This document shows, in pieces, positions 39,128 to 49,709 of a DNA stretch of 64,000 nucleotides. The stretch's first letter is position 1. Each line of letters begins with the position of its first letter. Source of the DNA: Candidatus Hydrogenedentota bacterium (GTDB lineage: Bacteria > Hydrogenedentota > Hydrogenedentia > Hydrogenedentales > SLHB01); assembly GCA_963674865.2 (NCBI GenBank), contig CAXXYE010000001.1, forward strand, positions 192,001-256,000, read 5' to 3'. Position numbers and translations under genes: made by a program. The notes beneath the pieces are model-generated. The model saw only the letters and a program-made list of their open reading frames with translations. It was not told the origin of the DNA and did not search any database.

Positions 39128-42082
39128 CTACCCCTCCTCAGGTGCGGGGGTGACGGTTTCCCCTCGCAGTTTCTGTTCGGTGCGGGCGTAGGCGGCTTTC
39201 ACGGCGGCTTCTTCGGCCCACGGACTCCCGGATGCGGCAACGCTGTCAAAAAGGTTGATGCTGCCCCGGTAGTCCGCTACTTGGAGCAGGGCGTTGGCCC
39301 GTTGGAACTCCGCCCACTTGCGCTGGTCCGACGCGCCGGGCGCCTTGGTGAGGATCATCGCATAGGCGTCCGCCGCGGCCCTGAAATCACTTCTTTCGTA
39401 GAGGTAGTCGGCCCACGTTACAACGGCTTGTTCAAACGCGGGGCGTTCGGCCTCATCCTGCTGGACACGCACTACGAAGTCCATGACGAGGGCACGCGCC
39501 CGTGCGCTTCTCTCCGTGGCCAGGCATGCGCCGAGAAGGTGTTGAATTCCCGCCGCGGTGCGCTGGGCGGGATAGTCGATGTGCGCCTGTTCAAGCGCGT
39601 CAAATCCCTGGTTCGGGTCAATGCGCAGCAGGGCGCCCCCGTATTCAACCAGGAACTCGTAGGCGGCGGCATCCGTGACTCGTCCCAGGTCGACGCGCTT
39701 GGCGACGGACAGCGCCTCATCCAGCGCATCAGCCCGGAACAGTGCGACGGCGGTGTGGGCCAGCACCTCAGGCTCGGATGTTGCGGCGGCAATCTGGCTG
39801 AAGACCGCAACGGAGCGGTCCTGGAGTCCTAGGTCTTGGTACATCGCTCCAAGCGCGGTTAGCACCGGTAGCCGTTGCGGCCGGCCTTCCGTCGCTAACG
39901 CCAGGTCTTCGAGGCGCTCGACGGCTTTCCGGGGAGCCCCCGACGCGTACAAAGTCTGGGCCATCTCAATACTCCCCTCGAAGGCCTGCGGTGAAGTGGA
40001 GAAACTGGTGGTTAGTTTCTCGTAGGCTTCCAATGCTTCCGCGAAGGCCTCGGCCTTCCGGAAGTGGCGGGCGGCGGCAAGCAGCAGGTCGGGATCTTGT
40101 GCACCGGCTTCGTCAGCGGCCATCAGCGCTCTGGCGGCGGTCTGTGCGTCGCCCGCGAGGCCGAGAAGTCGCCCCTCGTTCTGTAGAACGGCGGCATTGT
40201 CAGGATAGCGCTGAACCGTCTGCGTGGCCAGGCGGATTGCTTCGGGGCGCATTCCCCGATCATCGAGGACCCGGCAGAGTTCAACGAAGGCAAGGGGGGT
40301 GGTTTCGCTTTCGGGGAAGAAATCGATGAGTTCGCGCAAGACCTGCTCGGCTTCGCGCAAGTTCCCGGCGGCATGGTGGGCCTTTGCCAACGCGAGGTAG
40401 ACGCGGTCATTGCCCTCAATCGTGGTTGCCGTCTCAAGCCGGCCCTCGAGTCGCTTGATAGCTTCATCATAGCGCCCTTGTCTGTAGGCCAGTTCGCCCA
40501 GCCGGGCAAAGGCTATGGCGCCGAATTCAGTGGTCGGCTGGCCGTAGGCGATTTGACTGTAGATCCGCTCGGCGGCTTCGATTTCGCCGGCGCCCGCGTA
40601 GGCATCGCCCAGCAGGAGTTTGGCTTCGAGAGTGAAGGGGCTGCCGGGAAACTGGTCGAGCGTCCAGTGGATATAACGCGCGGCATCCGTGTACTGCTTC
40701 AGGCTCAGACAGAGTTTAGCCGCGCTCAATAGGTTCTCGTCGAGGCCGGGTGCATCCGCATAGTCTGCAATGATCTTGTCGTAGGCCCGCCGGGCCGCGT
40801 AGGGCATGTCGCTCATTTCATAGAGCTGGGCTTTCCACCGGAGTGCTTCAGGCACCTTCGGATGGGCCGGGACTTCAGCTACCAGTTCGTCTATGGCGCC
40901 ATGCACGGCATCCGCGGCTTCCGGCTCGGGGTGTGTCCCGAGAGCGCGGAAGGCGGCCTCGACACGCAAGAACCTGGCGTCCGTGCGCTCGTCTCCCGGG
41001 GCGGCCTTGGCCACGATGGCGTCGAGTTCCGTGAGCGCCTCATCGTAGGCGCCCATATCGAGGAGATTGCGCGCGTTCTGCACGGCCTGCGCCGTGTCGC
41101 GGAGCCGACGGGCGGTCATGAGTTCATCACCGGCTTGGCGGTATTGGTGTGTGTATAGCAGCGTGAAGGTTGCGGCTGTTAGAAGTACACCTGCCCCGAC
41201 GGAAGCCGTGATGCGTAGGAAGCGGGGGCCACCGATGGCCGAGAGCAGGCCGGGACTCCCCGATTTCGCGCCTCGGGCGCCTTTCTCGGGCACGGTGGGC
41301 GGTGCGTCGGTGGCTTCAGGCAGCGACGCTGACGCTTCCCCGGCGGCCGCGCCTTCCTCAGCAGGCTCTTCCGTTTCGGAAGGCGGCGTGTCTTGGGACG
41401 CCTCTGCCGCTTCCTGGACGAGCGAATCAAGGACGTTTTGGGGGAGGGGCACATCCTCATCGGATGCCTGTTCAGGCGCCGCCGGTTCCTCGCCTGAGGG
41501 CGTTTCCCCGGGGGCCTCCGCCTCGCTTGAGGGCGCCTGCTCCTGTTCAGGCGCCTCTTCCTGAGTGTCCGAAGGACGCTCCGTCAGCTCATCCCGGATT
41601 TGGCCCGCCTCATCGACAATCTCACCTGGTACCGCCGCTGCCAGGTTCTCGGTGCTGACAATCGCCTCAGGATCAGGAGCCGGTTGAGCATGTGCGTCGT
41701 CTGGTGAGCCACCGTCTTCAACTGACGGGCTCACGGGCGTGTCCATGCCCTCTTCCATAGGCGTATCATCTTCGGCCGTCTGGGCCACCGGGAGCACCGG
41801 TTCATCGGGCGCCTCGCCGATCTCCTCGTCCAATTGGGCGCTTTCCTCGGCATGAGGCTCGTCGATGACGTCGTCCAGGTGGTCTTCCTCGACGTGCTCT
41901 TCCATTCCCGCGGCGGCCAGAAGGGCCTCGATCTGCGCGTGTTCCAGCGGGCCGTCATCGGCGGGGAGAGCGTCGGGCGTGGGGCCGTCTTCCTCGGGCG
42001 CTTCAAGCTCGGGCTGGTCGTGCTTGGCCTCGGGCTCGGCTGGCCTCTCGGGGGACTGGCTGTTTCCCTGTTCGGTGGACAT
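39128..42082 (-). CDS. Membrane-anchored TPR protein with long acidic N-terminal region
   Basis: About 280 aa rich in E/P/A/D, one TM (VGAGVLLTAATFTLLY), many TPR-like repeats; probable start MSTEQ. Confidence 0.85.
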   Translation of the reverse strand: MSTEQGNSQSPERPAEPEAKHDQPELEAPEEDGPTPDALPADDGPLEHAQIEALLAAAGMEEHVEEDHLDDVIDEPHAEESAQLDEEIGEAPDEPVLPVAQTAEDDTPMEEGMDTPVSPSVEDGGSPDDAHAQPAPDPEAIVSTENLAAAVPGEIVDEAGQIRDELTERPSDTQEEAPEQEQAPSSEAEAPGETPSGEEPAAPEQASDEDVPLPQNVLDSLVQEAAEASQDTPPSETEEPAEEGAAAGEASASLPEATDAPPTVPEKGARGAKSGSPGLLSAIGGPRFLRITASVGAGVLLTAATFTLLYTHQYRQAGDELMTARRLRDTAQAVQNARNLLDMGAYDEALTELDAIVAKAAPGDERTDARFLRVEAAFRALGTHPEPEAADAVHGAIDELVAEVPAHPKVPEALRWKAQLYEMSDMPYAARRAYDKIIADYADAPGLDENLLSAAKLCLSLKQYTDAARYIHWTLDQFPGSPFTLEAKLLLGDAYAGAGEIEAAERIYSQIAYGQPTTEFGAIAFARLGELAYRQGRYDEAIKRLEGRLETATTIEGNDRVYLALAKAHHAAGNLREAEQVLRELIDFFPESETTPLAFVELCRVLDDRGMRPEAIRLATQTVQRYPDNAAVLQNEGRLLGLAGDAQTAARALMAADEAGAQDPDLLLAAARHFRKAEAFAEALEAYEKLTTSFSTSPQAFEGSIEMAQTLYASGAPRKAVERLEDLALATEGRPQRLPVLTALGAMYQDLGLQDRSVAVFSQIAAATSEPEVLAHTAVALFRADALDEALSVAKRVDLGRVTDAAAYEFLVEYGGALLRIDPNQGFDALEQAHIDYPAQRTAAGIQHLLGACLATERSARARALVMDFVVRVQQDEAERPAFEQAVVTWADYLYERSDFRAAADAYAMILTKAPGASDQRKWAEFQRANALLQVADYRGSINLFDSVAASGSPWAEEAAVKAAYARTEQKLRGETVTPAPEEG

Positions 42083-42317
42083 GGCTATCGTCGCTTCGTT
42101 TCTTTCGTCGGCCCAGGCCCTACCGTGAGCCGGGGCTGTTGACGACCGGGCCACGATATGTGGTGGTGGCGCACCGCCATCAGCCATCTATCTTGGGTTA
42201 GTCTACCACCGACGGGGGTGTCTTGGCAATGGGTTGTATAGGAATATTTTTCCCCGCTCGAGAGGCGAGCCGGGCGCTGATGCTCTTCACGCAGACAAGG
42301 AAAAGATTGCCTGATGC

Positions 42318-43091
42318 CTACGCCGGTGCGAAAGCTGACGAAAGGCTGTCGAGGGTCCCCTCCAGAAAGAGGAGCGTGCCCCGGATTTCGGCGCGCTGTC
42401 CGGGAGCCAGGTCCGGCATGAAGGGGTCGGCATGCAAGCAAGGATGATTCGGATTTCCTACTAAGGAGAGCGTGTGGTCGTGCCATGTCATGGCGAGCAG
42501 ACGCGGCGCTTGGTTGGACATCACCGCCATTACGGGCCAATCCGCGGTTCTGGGTCCTCTACGCCATCCCAGGGAAATCTGTCCGTTCTCGGCGCCGAGG
42601 GCCTTCGCTTCAGGATAGGGCATCCAGCCTTTGGCCGGCACATGGACGAATTTGTTATCGAGGGAGAAGTCGGCGAATTCGCGGCAGGCGCGCAAGAAGA
42701 CACACGTCTGGAGCGAGATGTTGTTGAGAGGCGCATCGGTGCCGTTTTCGAGGTGAAGGCGGAGTTTGACGGCGCCCTCGTCCGCTCTTGTCAATTCGCC
42801 GCCGAAAACAACGCCATTCGGCAGTCGACGCTCGCAGCAGAGGCCGTTCGGCGCCGCTTGCCACGTTACCTTCGGCAAATCGGTATAGACAGAGGGCACT
42901 CCAGGGTTGATATGGCTCAGGAAGATGAGCCCCTGGCTGGTGAAGATCGCCTCGGGGAAGTCCAGCCAGACATAGTCCTGGCCGGGCCACGGCGGGCTTA
43001 TCCAGGCGATGTGTTCCCAGGGATAATGGGGACGCCAGCACCCCGGGAGTATTCGTATGCCTTCTGCTTCGGTATCGTACGTGTTGCCCAT
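42318..43091 (-). CDS. Hypothetical protein (beta-rich)
   Basis: AAGGAA RBS; protein-like, e.g. WLDFPEAIF, NPNHPCLHADP. Confidence 0.75.
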   Translation of the reverse strand: MGNTYDTEAEGIRILPGCWRPHYPWEHIAWISPPWPGQDYVWLDFPEAIFTSQGLIFLSHINPGVPSVYTDLPKVTWQAAPNGLCCERRLPNGVVFGGELTRADEGAVKLRLHLENGTDAPLNNISLQTCVFLRACREFADFSLDNKFVHVPAKGWMPYPEAKALGAENGQISLGWRRGPRTADWPVMAVMSNQAPRLLAMTWHDHTLSLVGNPNHPCLHADPFMPDLAPGQRAEIRGTLLFLEGTLDSLSSAFAPA

Positions 43092-43121
43092 GATTGGCCG
43101 TGGCCGTTCCTTCGTGTGATT

Positions 43122-44489
43122 CTAGAATAACAAGACGTGAACGGCCTTCTCCTCTTCCGTATCGGGGTGAATGATGACGATATCCTCATTGGCATTGTCG
43201 TTGAGATGATAGGGCCGGGCCAGTCCGTAGGCGGGCACCTGGATGGCCTGCCACGGGCGATCCGACACCAGCTTCTTGGGACTGCCCGTGTGTACCACAA
43301 GACATCCGGCCGCATCGGCAAAGGCGGTGTCGAGCCAGCCGTCGCCGTTGAAGTCGCCCGAGGTATACGCGATGTTTCGCCGGTCTTCGGGCGCGTTGAG
43401 TGTTAGGGACTCGTGGAACTGGGGCTCGGGAGACAGGCCCTCGTCTCCGCACATATAGGCTTCGATCTGAATCGTTACCTTGTTCCGTAAGAAGTAGTTG
43501 ACGAAGTTCCGCAGGCCGAAAGGAAACTTGAGAAACACAAGATCCCGCCTACCGTCGCTGTCCACATCAGTGATCCACGGGCTGGTGATGACCCCCTTGG
43601 CCGTGAACACGGCGGAGGGTTGCTCCGAATAAGTCAGGGAAGGTTGGGCCATGTAGATTTCCGTAAGCACGCGCACGCTGACGTTGCCCTTTGTCTCCGT
43701 GACGATCAGGTCCGGCAGCCCGTCGCTATTAAGATCGGATAAGAGTGCCTTTCTGTCGCCCTTTTCCTCGCGTTGAGCGGGAATCTTGAAGCGATTATGG
43801 CTGCTCCAGTCCTCTCCGTAGGCGAAGTCGACAGCGTCGCCGGTGACAAACGCCAAGCCTTTCCGCGGCCAACCGGGCTGCTCGACGAGTTCGCGGGCCG
43901 GGAAGTGATGAGACACCGTGATGCTCTTGGCTCCAGATATGTCGCTCTCGACATCGCAGCTCACAGCGCCGATCTTGCCGTCTAGGTCGCGCACCTCGAA
44001 GCCGCTGGCGACGGGTATCAGCCATGCGTCCGCCCCGTTGTCGTCGAAGTCCATGGCTATGTCCTCGAGAAACACTGGGCGGTTCAGATTTCCTGGGAGT
44101 AGTGAATCGAAGCGCTGGGCTGTCAACGGGGCGAATTCGCCGGCGCGGTACGCAAGGATCTCGATATCTTGGGCGCTCGTCACGATCAATTCCACCGGCG
44201 GCTTGCCGTCGGCCTCCGCGAGGAAGAGCGCGCCGGACGACGGCTCAAGTGGCAGGACATTCGAGGGCGTCTTTGGGTAGTGTCCGGCCGCATCGGCGAC
44301 GAATACGGCTAGGTACTTCTGAGGTGAGGCCTCCTCCGTGCTCGAACACAGGGCGAGTATCTCGGCGCGGTCATCGCCTGTGAGGTCAGCGGCGGCCACA
44401 TCCCAGACAGGAGCCCCAGGCGCGAGAACGCAAACCGTTGGTTCCGTCTGGCCTAAGAGTCCTAGTCCAATCAAGAGCAGTGAAAGCAT
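43122..44489 (-). CDS. Secreted FG-GAP/VCBS repeat protein
   Basis: Signal peptide; repeats ADLTGDDRAEI, DLNSDGLPDL, DVDSDGRRDL, GDFNGDGWLD. Confidence 0.88.
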   Translation of the reverse strand: MLSLLLIGLGLLGQTEPTVCVLAPGAPVWDVAAADLTGDDRAEILALCSSTEEASPQKYLAVFVADAAGHYPKTPSNVLPLEPSSGALFLAEADGKPPVELIVTSAQDIEILAYRAGEFAPLTAQRFDSLLPGNLNRPVFLEDIAMDFDDNGADAWLIPVASGFEVRDLDGKIGAVSCDVESDISGAKSITVSHHFPARELVEQPGWPRKGLAFVTGDAVDFAYGEDWSSHNRFKIPAQREEKGDRKALLSDLNSDGLPDLIVTETKGNVSVRVLTEIYMAQPSLTYSEQPSAVFTAKGVITSPWITDVDSDGRRDLVFLKFPFGLRNFVNYFLRNKVTIQIEAYMCGDEGLSPEPQFHESLTLNAPEDRRNIAYTSGDFNGDGWLDTAFADAAGCLVVHTGSPKKLVSDRPWQAIQVPAYGLARPYHLNDNANEDIVIIHPDTEEEKAVHVLLF

Positions 44490-44733
44490 AGAACCTCCCT
44501 GGAGTCTGCATATCGGTATTCCGCCCGGCGTCTGTTTTGACTGCGGAAGGTCGCCGGCGGTTTCGCCGGGACACTCCCAACATACTACCAGCGGGAGGGC
44601 AAACGATCACAAGATGCCGGGGATTTGCCCTGTTTCTGTGTCCGCCTATCGTGAATGCGCTCTTGTCAAACGGCATAGGGCGGCCCGGGAGGGAGAGGGC
44701 AACAGCGGGAAGAGCCGTCGAGGGGGAGACGGA

Positions 44734-45174
44734 TTAGTGTGCGGCGCCGATGCTCTCGGCAGCGGTTTCGAGGAAACCAACAAACCTGGCGAAGTCCATG
44801 CTGTTGGCAAACGTGTCGCCGAATTGGAGCGCTGCCGTTCTTCGCCGCTCGTCCTGGGGCACGACCCGGATAACTTCGGCTGGGCCTACAAAAGCCTCTG
44901 GAAAGAACATGCTGTTGGGACACATGTGCGTCGGAATGGAAAGATTGACATGTTGGCCAGGTTCGAGCGAGTGCTTCGTCTTCACCGCCACCCCACTCAC
45001 GGACATATTCAGTGTGAGTCCCGGCCCGATGAACCGGCCCTTGTGTTCGGGGCCGTCTACGGCGATGGATACCTTGAAAGGAAGGTCGAAGCGAGATGCC
45101 GTCCGCCGGTCCTCGCGGCGCTCGAACGGGTCGTCCCACGCCGCGTCGACATCGTACCGTCTACCTCGTGGCAT
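44734..45174 (-). CDS. PilZ domain protein (c-di-GMP receptor candidate)
   Basis: RTASR (RxxxR) and NMSVSG (D/NxSxxG); AAGGAG RBS. Confidence 0.85.
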   Translation of the reverse strand: MPRGRRYDVDAAWDDPFERREDRRTASRFDLPFKVSIAVDGPEHKGRFIGPGLTLNMSVSGVAVKTKHSLEPGQHVNLSIPTHMCPNSMFFPEAFVGPAEVIRVVPQDERRRTAALQFGDTFANSMDFARFVGFLETAAESIGAAH

Positions 45175-45445
45175 TAGCTGAAATCTCCTTCAGGTCAACG
45201 CTACTATAACCGATATCCTCAGTGTTTAGCAAGAATCACTTTTTGCTCACTTTGGAATAATTTGGCTTTTTGAGCACTGTGTCTCTCCGCCAAGGCCAGT
45301 CGCTTGGTTTTCTGTCTGTGACGCTGGCGGGGCGCAGAGGGGGGGCGGCACTGGGGACATGAAGTGCGGACACACCTCACGCCAACAAGCTGCCGATAGG
45401 CGCGGCTCTAAGACGTGGGGGGAGGGGAGATGGGCCGAGGTCCGG

Positions 45446-46387
45446 CTAGGCGTCGCCCTCACTGAGCAGTTCGTCATAGAAACTGCTGAACGCGGCGCCG
45501 TCCGGTTGTTTCATGAGGGCCATCGCGGCGCGTGGATGCTTATTCAGGACGCCGGTGATCGTGTAGGGGATCTCGTAGCCCCACCGCAACTCCTTCTTCA
45601 GTGGGACGAAGTGCTCTTGGATGAGGTCGAGCACGGGCCGGACATCGAATTTGGGATTGTTGAGGAAGCTGATGATGAGTTCAAGGGGGCAATTCCCTGC
45701 TGCGCGCCCAATCCCGTAAATGCTGCCGTCAAGATAGGTGATGCCCTTCAAGGCCGCCTCCACCGTGTTGGCATAGGCAAGCTGCTGGTTGTTGTGGCAG
45801 TGAATTCCCAATTGCTTGCCGTTGAGCCGGTGGATGTACTTCTCGGCCAGGTAGTGTATCTGCTCCGAGTAGTAATAGCCGAAGCTATCGACGAGGTAAA
45901 CCATGTCGAAGTCCGTCTGGGCGAGTTGTTCGAGTGCGCCGTCGAGATCGGGCTCCGGGACATGCGACACGGCCATGATGTTCACGGATACTTCGTATCC
46001 CATCGACTTGACGTGGTTCCCGAGATGAATCGCTTTGTCGATATCCTTGACGTACGTGGCGACGCGGAAGAGCCGGACGATGGATTGATCGGCTGGGATG
46101 AAAGCGTCGTAGTCGGTGCGCCCCACGTCGAGCATAACCGACACCTTGGCGTCGCACTCGTGGGCCACATCGCGCAGGTCCTCTTCGTCGCAAAAGCGCC
46201 AGGGGCCGTAATCGGAAGGAGAGAATAGCTTCTTATCGGCGCGGTAGCCGAGTTCGACGTAGTCGACGCCGGCCTGCGCCAGTCCGGTGAATACGTCCTT
46301 CACCATGGCCTTGTCGAACTGCCAATCATTCATGAGTCCGCCGTCGCGGATGGTGCAATCCAGGATTTTCGTTTCGGGACGGTACAT
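45446..46387 (-). CDS. HMGL-like / DRE-TIM aldolase (4-hydroxy-2-oxovalerate aldolase-like catalytic domain)
   Basis: LDCTIRDGG, YLVDSFG, GIHCHNN, GIGRAAGN. Confidence 0.85.
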   Translation of the reverse strand: MYRPETKILDCTIRDGGLMNDWQFDKAMVKDVFTGLAQAGVDYVELGYRADKKLFSPSDYGPWRFCDEEDLRDVAHECDAKVSVMLDVGRTDYDAFIPADQSIVRLFRVATYVKDIDKAIHLGNHVKSMGYEVSVNIMAVSHVPEPDLDGALEQLAQTDFDMVYLVDSFGYYYSEQIHYLAEKYIHRLNGKQLGIHCHNNQQLAYANTVEAALKGITYLDGSIYGIGRAAGNCPLELIISFLNNPKFDVRPVLDLIQEHFVPLKKELRWGYEIPYTITGVLNKHPRAAMALMKQPDGAAFSSFYDELLSEGDA

Positions 46388-46538
46388 ACAGCGCTATCCT
46401 CTGAAATGGCCGAAATACCAACGGCGCAAGGCTACTCGCTCGGCCCGGTGAAATCAACCTCCCGGCCCTTCCGTGATAGCGCATAGGATGATTCGAGTGG
46501 CTCGCCTGCTTGGAGCGACAAGGCTCTGACGTGCCGGA

Positions 46539-47936
46539 TCATTCCTCGACGTGCACGGCGATATCGTCCAGTGTAACGTGGGTGACGCCCGGAACCGTGG
46601 CGCTATCGTCCGTGTAGACGGAATAGGCCGTCGAGATGCTCTGGTAGTTGGACAACACATCTTGGAGTGGCCGAAGCCGATGGTTTGCGTCGCGCCCACG
46701 GCAGTGGTAGGGGGCGTCTCGTCCACAGTGGCGCGGGGCGTGTCGCCCGCGCCGGACTCAGCGCTCTCGGGCGGGGATTCAGCAGGGCTGTCTGCCGGGG
46801 CAAGCGCCTTGTCTGGGACGCTCTCGGGTTGTTGAACCGGCGTCGCCAATTCATTGAGCCTGCGGGCATAGTCGATCACGGGCATTACCGTGGCGAATCT
46901 GGGATCTCCCTCGCCGAGGATGTCGTTCTCTTGTGCAAACCGCGCATACTCACGCAGCACGCCCATCTGAGCAGGATTCAGGCGCGTGCGCAACGCCTTT
47001 TCCCGCAAATAACGATCCAGTAGCGTGTTGCAGGCGTAAGCGACGCCGCGGCAGTCCTGAGGAGGAAAGGAGCTTGCCGGCCTTTCCTGCCTTCCCGCAG
47101 CTCGTTGCCTCTGCTGGGTGCAGCGTACGAGTTCTTCGTACTCCTCTATCTTGCGCTCGGCCGCGGCCACGAGCGTCGGCAGCGTACGGCCATCCGGATC
47201 GAGTTGTGCGGCGAGCACCGGAACGGGATCGTATATGTCTCCCTCTTTGCGTTCGGCGTAGTTCTGGCAGAAGCGCCCCAAGGAGTCGGTGAGTTCGGCC
47301 TTCTCCGAGGGCGAGCCGTTCTCGGCAATCGCCATGAGTTTCTGAACGCGAGGATCGCCGGCAGTGCAGGCCAAGTGGTCGATGAAGCCGGGCCTATCCT
47401 TCAATCGGACTATGTCAAACAGTGGATTCCTGTAGCTGGGTGTTCTCACCACTACTGTTTCGCCGGTAGCCGGGTCCTTTTCCAGAACCACTCCAGGATC
47501 GTTGTGTAGAACGTCGAGCGTCTCGTCGAGTGTTTCCCGTTGGGCCTTGTCCCACTCGGCCAGCCAGCGCTCACGGAGTTCGGGATTACGTTCGAAAAGG
47601 CGCAGGAACTTGGCGTAGGCGCGCGTGTCTTCTATGGAAGTCCACAAGGGCGCCGAGGGATATTTGCCGTTGGCGTCAGGTTCTCCCAGCAGTCCGGCCA
47701 GAAGGTCTTCAAGAGTGTCTTCCGTGGTTTCCGATGGCGTCTCTAAGGCTAACGGCGTCTCTTCGACGACAACCTCCTGGGCAGGCGGAGGTTTAGGGGC
47801 CTGCATCGGTTCTTTCGTTCTCTCCGAGGATGGGGGCGCCTTGCAGACAAGCCACTACCAGCAACGCAACGAATGCGCAGAATCCCATGGCCAACGCGAT
47901 CCAACGCCAAGGTGATATCTCGGATTTCCGTGACAT
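46539..47936 (-). CDS. Hypothetical membrane-anchored/exported protein with one or two apparent frameshifts
   Basis: ATG 47936 with GGAGGGG RBS encodes a TM/signal (WIALAMGFCAFVALLVVACL) that joins ORF 46454..47806 if one base is removed from the run at 47832-47836; an alternative C-terminus begins at ~46670. Confidence 0.55.
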
Positions 47937-48245
47937 GCTGTTCCCCTCCCACCAGGCGACGCCGATGCGAAAGGCACGGGCGGCGCCGCCTTAAATCATG
48001 TGCCCCGAGCAGTCTTTTCGTCAGTGTAAACTACTCACCTAACATTGTCAATGTGCCAGGTGCTGACGCCCGTCTGCAGGTTGAGTTGTTGAGAGGTGCT
48101 GGCTGGTACATGAGTCAGGCCAGACGATAGGCGGCCTGGGCCCGGCGCGTGGGGCCGTGTCGGGAGCACTTCGACGAGTGTGCGCCATATTCCCCTTGAC
48201 GGGCGTCTCGGCGGCCGTGCTATCCTGAACTCGGAGTAATCAACC

Positions 48246-49232
48246 GTGGACAAACTTGCCATCAAAGCCATTGTCGTGATGGGCGTTTTCGCCTTTGTTT
48301 TCCTTGGATTGACGTCCATCGCGCTGCGGCGCTCTCTCGATAGGAGTGAGCCTGCGCCGGTGCAGGTTGGCCGGGCCAAGTCTTCTTTTGACGGGGCTCA
48401 GGCGTATACCTGTGCGGCGAAGATCGCCAGCCTTTGTCGTGCTACGCCGGGCGAGAAAGGCCATGAAGCCTTACGCGCATTCATCCGCAGAGAATTGGGG
48501 CGAGTCGGATTGGAGACGCGGCGTCAGGTATTCAAGGCATCGACGCCGCAAGGCGAGGCGGCGCTTGAGAACCTCGTGGGCGTAGTCCGTGGCGACAGCA
48601 GCGGCATTATCATTGTCAGCGGCCACTACGGTTGCCAATGCGGCGTCGATCCGATGTCCGCGCGTGCGCGTGCCGGCGCCTCGACGACGGCGTGGCTGCT
48701 TGAAATGGCTCGGGCGCTCGGGCCGACACGCGAAGGCCGATCGGTCTGGCTGTGCTTTCTCGATGGCGAAGAGCCGCAGGCCGGAGTCTCCGCCGCGGAG
48801 GATAGGTCCGGCTGCCGCGCGTTTGTCGATCATCTTGAGCAGCGGGGTGAACTGAAGCGTGTGACGGCTGTGATGGATCTGAATATCGTCGGCAGGAGCA
48901 CCCTTGGCCTCAACAAGGACCCGGAGGCTCCGCATTGGTTGACTGGGATCGTCTGGTCGCGCGCAGACGAACTTGGCTACGGGAGGCATTTTCTTCCTCT
49001 AGCCCATGGGCTGGAAGGTGAGTGTGAGGCCTTTCGGGAGGCGCACATTCCCTCGGCGGCCATCGTTGAATCCGATGTCGCTGACGAGGAAGGACGCGGG
49101 GGAGATGAGGCCGCATTGTCCGGCGCGGCTTCTCCAGAGGGCTTGCAGGTTGTGGGGGACGTGATCTATCATTCGATTTTGGATATTGACGCCAAGCTGA
49201 ATGCTTCGGAGATTCACGGTGCCGCGACCTGA
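48246..49232 (+). CDS. Membrane-anchored M28 peptidase/glutaminyl cyclase-like protein with degenerate metal site
   Basis: N-terminal TM, FDGAQAY, NLVGV, IIVSGHY, FLDGEE; several Zn ligands altered. Confidence 0.8.
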   Translation: MDKLAIKAIVVMGVFAFVFLGLTSIALRRSLDRSEPAPVQVGRAKSSFDGAQAYTCAAKIASLCRATPGEKGHEALRAFIRRELGRVGLETRRQVFKASTPQGEAALENLVGVVRGDSSGIIIVSGHYGCQCGVDPMSARARAGASTTAWLLEMARALGPTREGRSVWLCFLDGEEPQAGVSAAEDRSGCRAFVDHLEQRGELKRVTAVMDLNIVGRSTLGLNKDPEAPHWLTGIVWSRADELGYGRHFLPLAHGLEGECEAFREAHIPSAAIVESDVADEEGRGGDEAALSGAASPEGLQVVGDVIYHSILDIDAKLNASEIHGAAT

Positions 49233-49364
49233 CAGGCGATTCCGTCCGGTCTTGCGCGTGGACGCGAGAGATGATGAGACGCGGGATCGCACCATGCGAG
49301 TGCCTGCGGAAGCATCGCGCGTCTGCCCGAAGGGTGTGGTTCGACATGTGGGGACGGGTAGTTT

Positions 49365-49625
49365 GTGAAAGACTTTTTGACACGTTTCGACGCGGCGGGG
49401 TGGCCTTTCTGGACCGTGCTGTTCTTGGTGTTTGTGGCCCCGTGCATTTACGGCGTCTCGTTGATCACTTTTGAGGGTGTCGGGTGGTATATCCCCGGCA
49501 TTGCCGGTGTGGTCTGCGCGTCCGTGTTGGCCAGTCTCGTCGCATGGGGAGTGAACAGCATCCTCCAGTCCCGGCAGAAAAAGCTTCGGAAGGCCGCTCG
49601 CAAGTCGGCAAAGCGGCACAAGTGA
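49365..49625 (+). CDS. Small two-TM membrane protein
   Basis: Two hydrophobic helices and a basic C-terminal tail. Confidence 0.7.
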   Translation: MKDFLTRFDAAGWPFWTVLFLVFVAPCIYGVSLITFEGVGWYIPGIAGVVCASVLASLVAWGVNSILQSRQKKLRKAARKSAKRHK

Positions 49626-49709
49626 CTTTTCCGGCGAGGGTTGAGTGAAGCCTGCCCTCGTCTTCTATAGAGCGTCTGGTGACTTGGCTGAGTCCTACAG
49701 GGTCTAGTT

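Noticed and set aside
45190..45216. Sigma28-like TCAG-N15-ACCGATAT on the plus strand
   Set aside because: Points away from the PilZ gene toward a convergent gene end; a minus-strand TTGCTA-N18-TATAGT explains the region better
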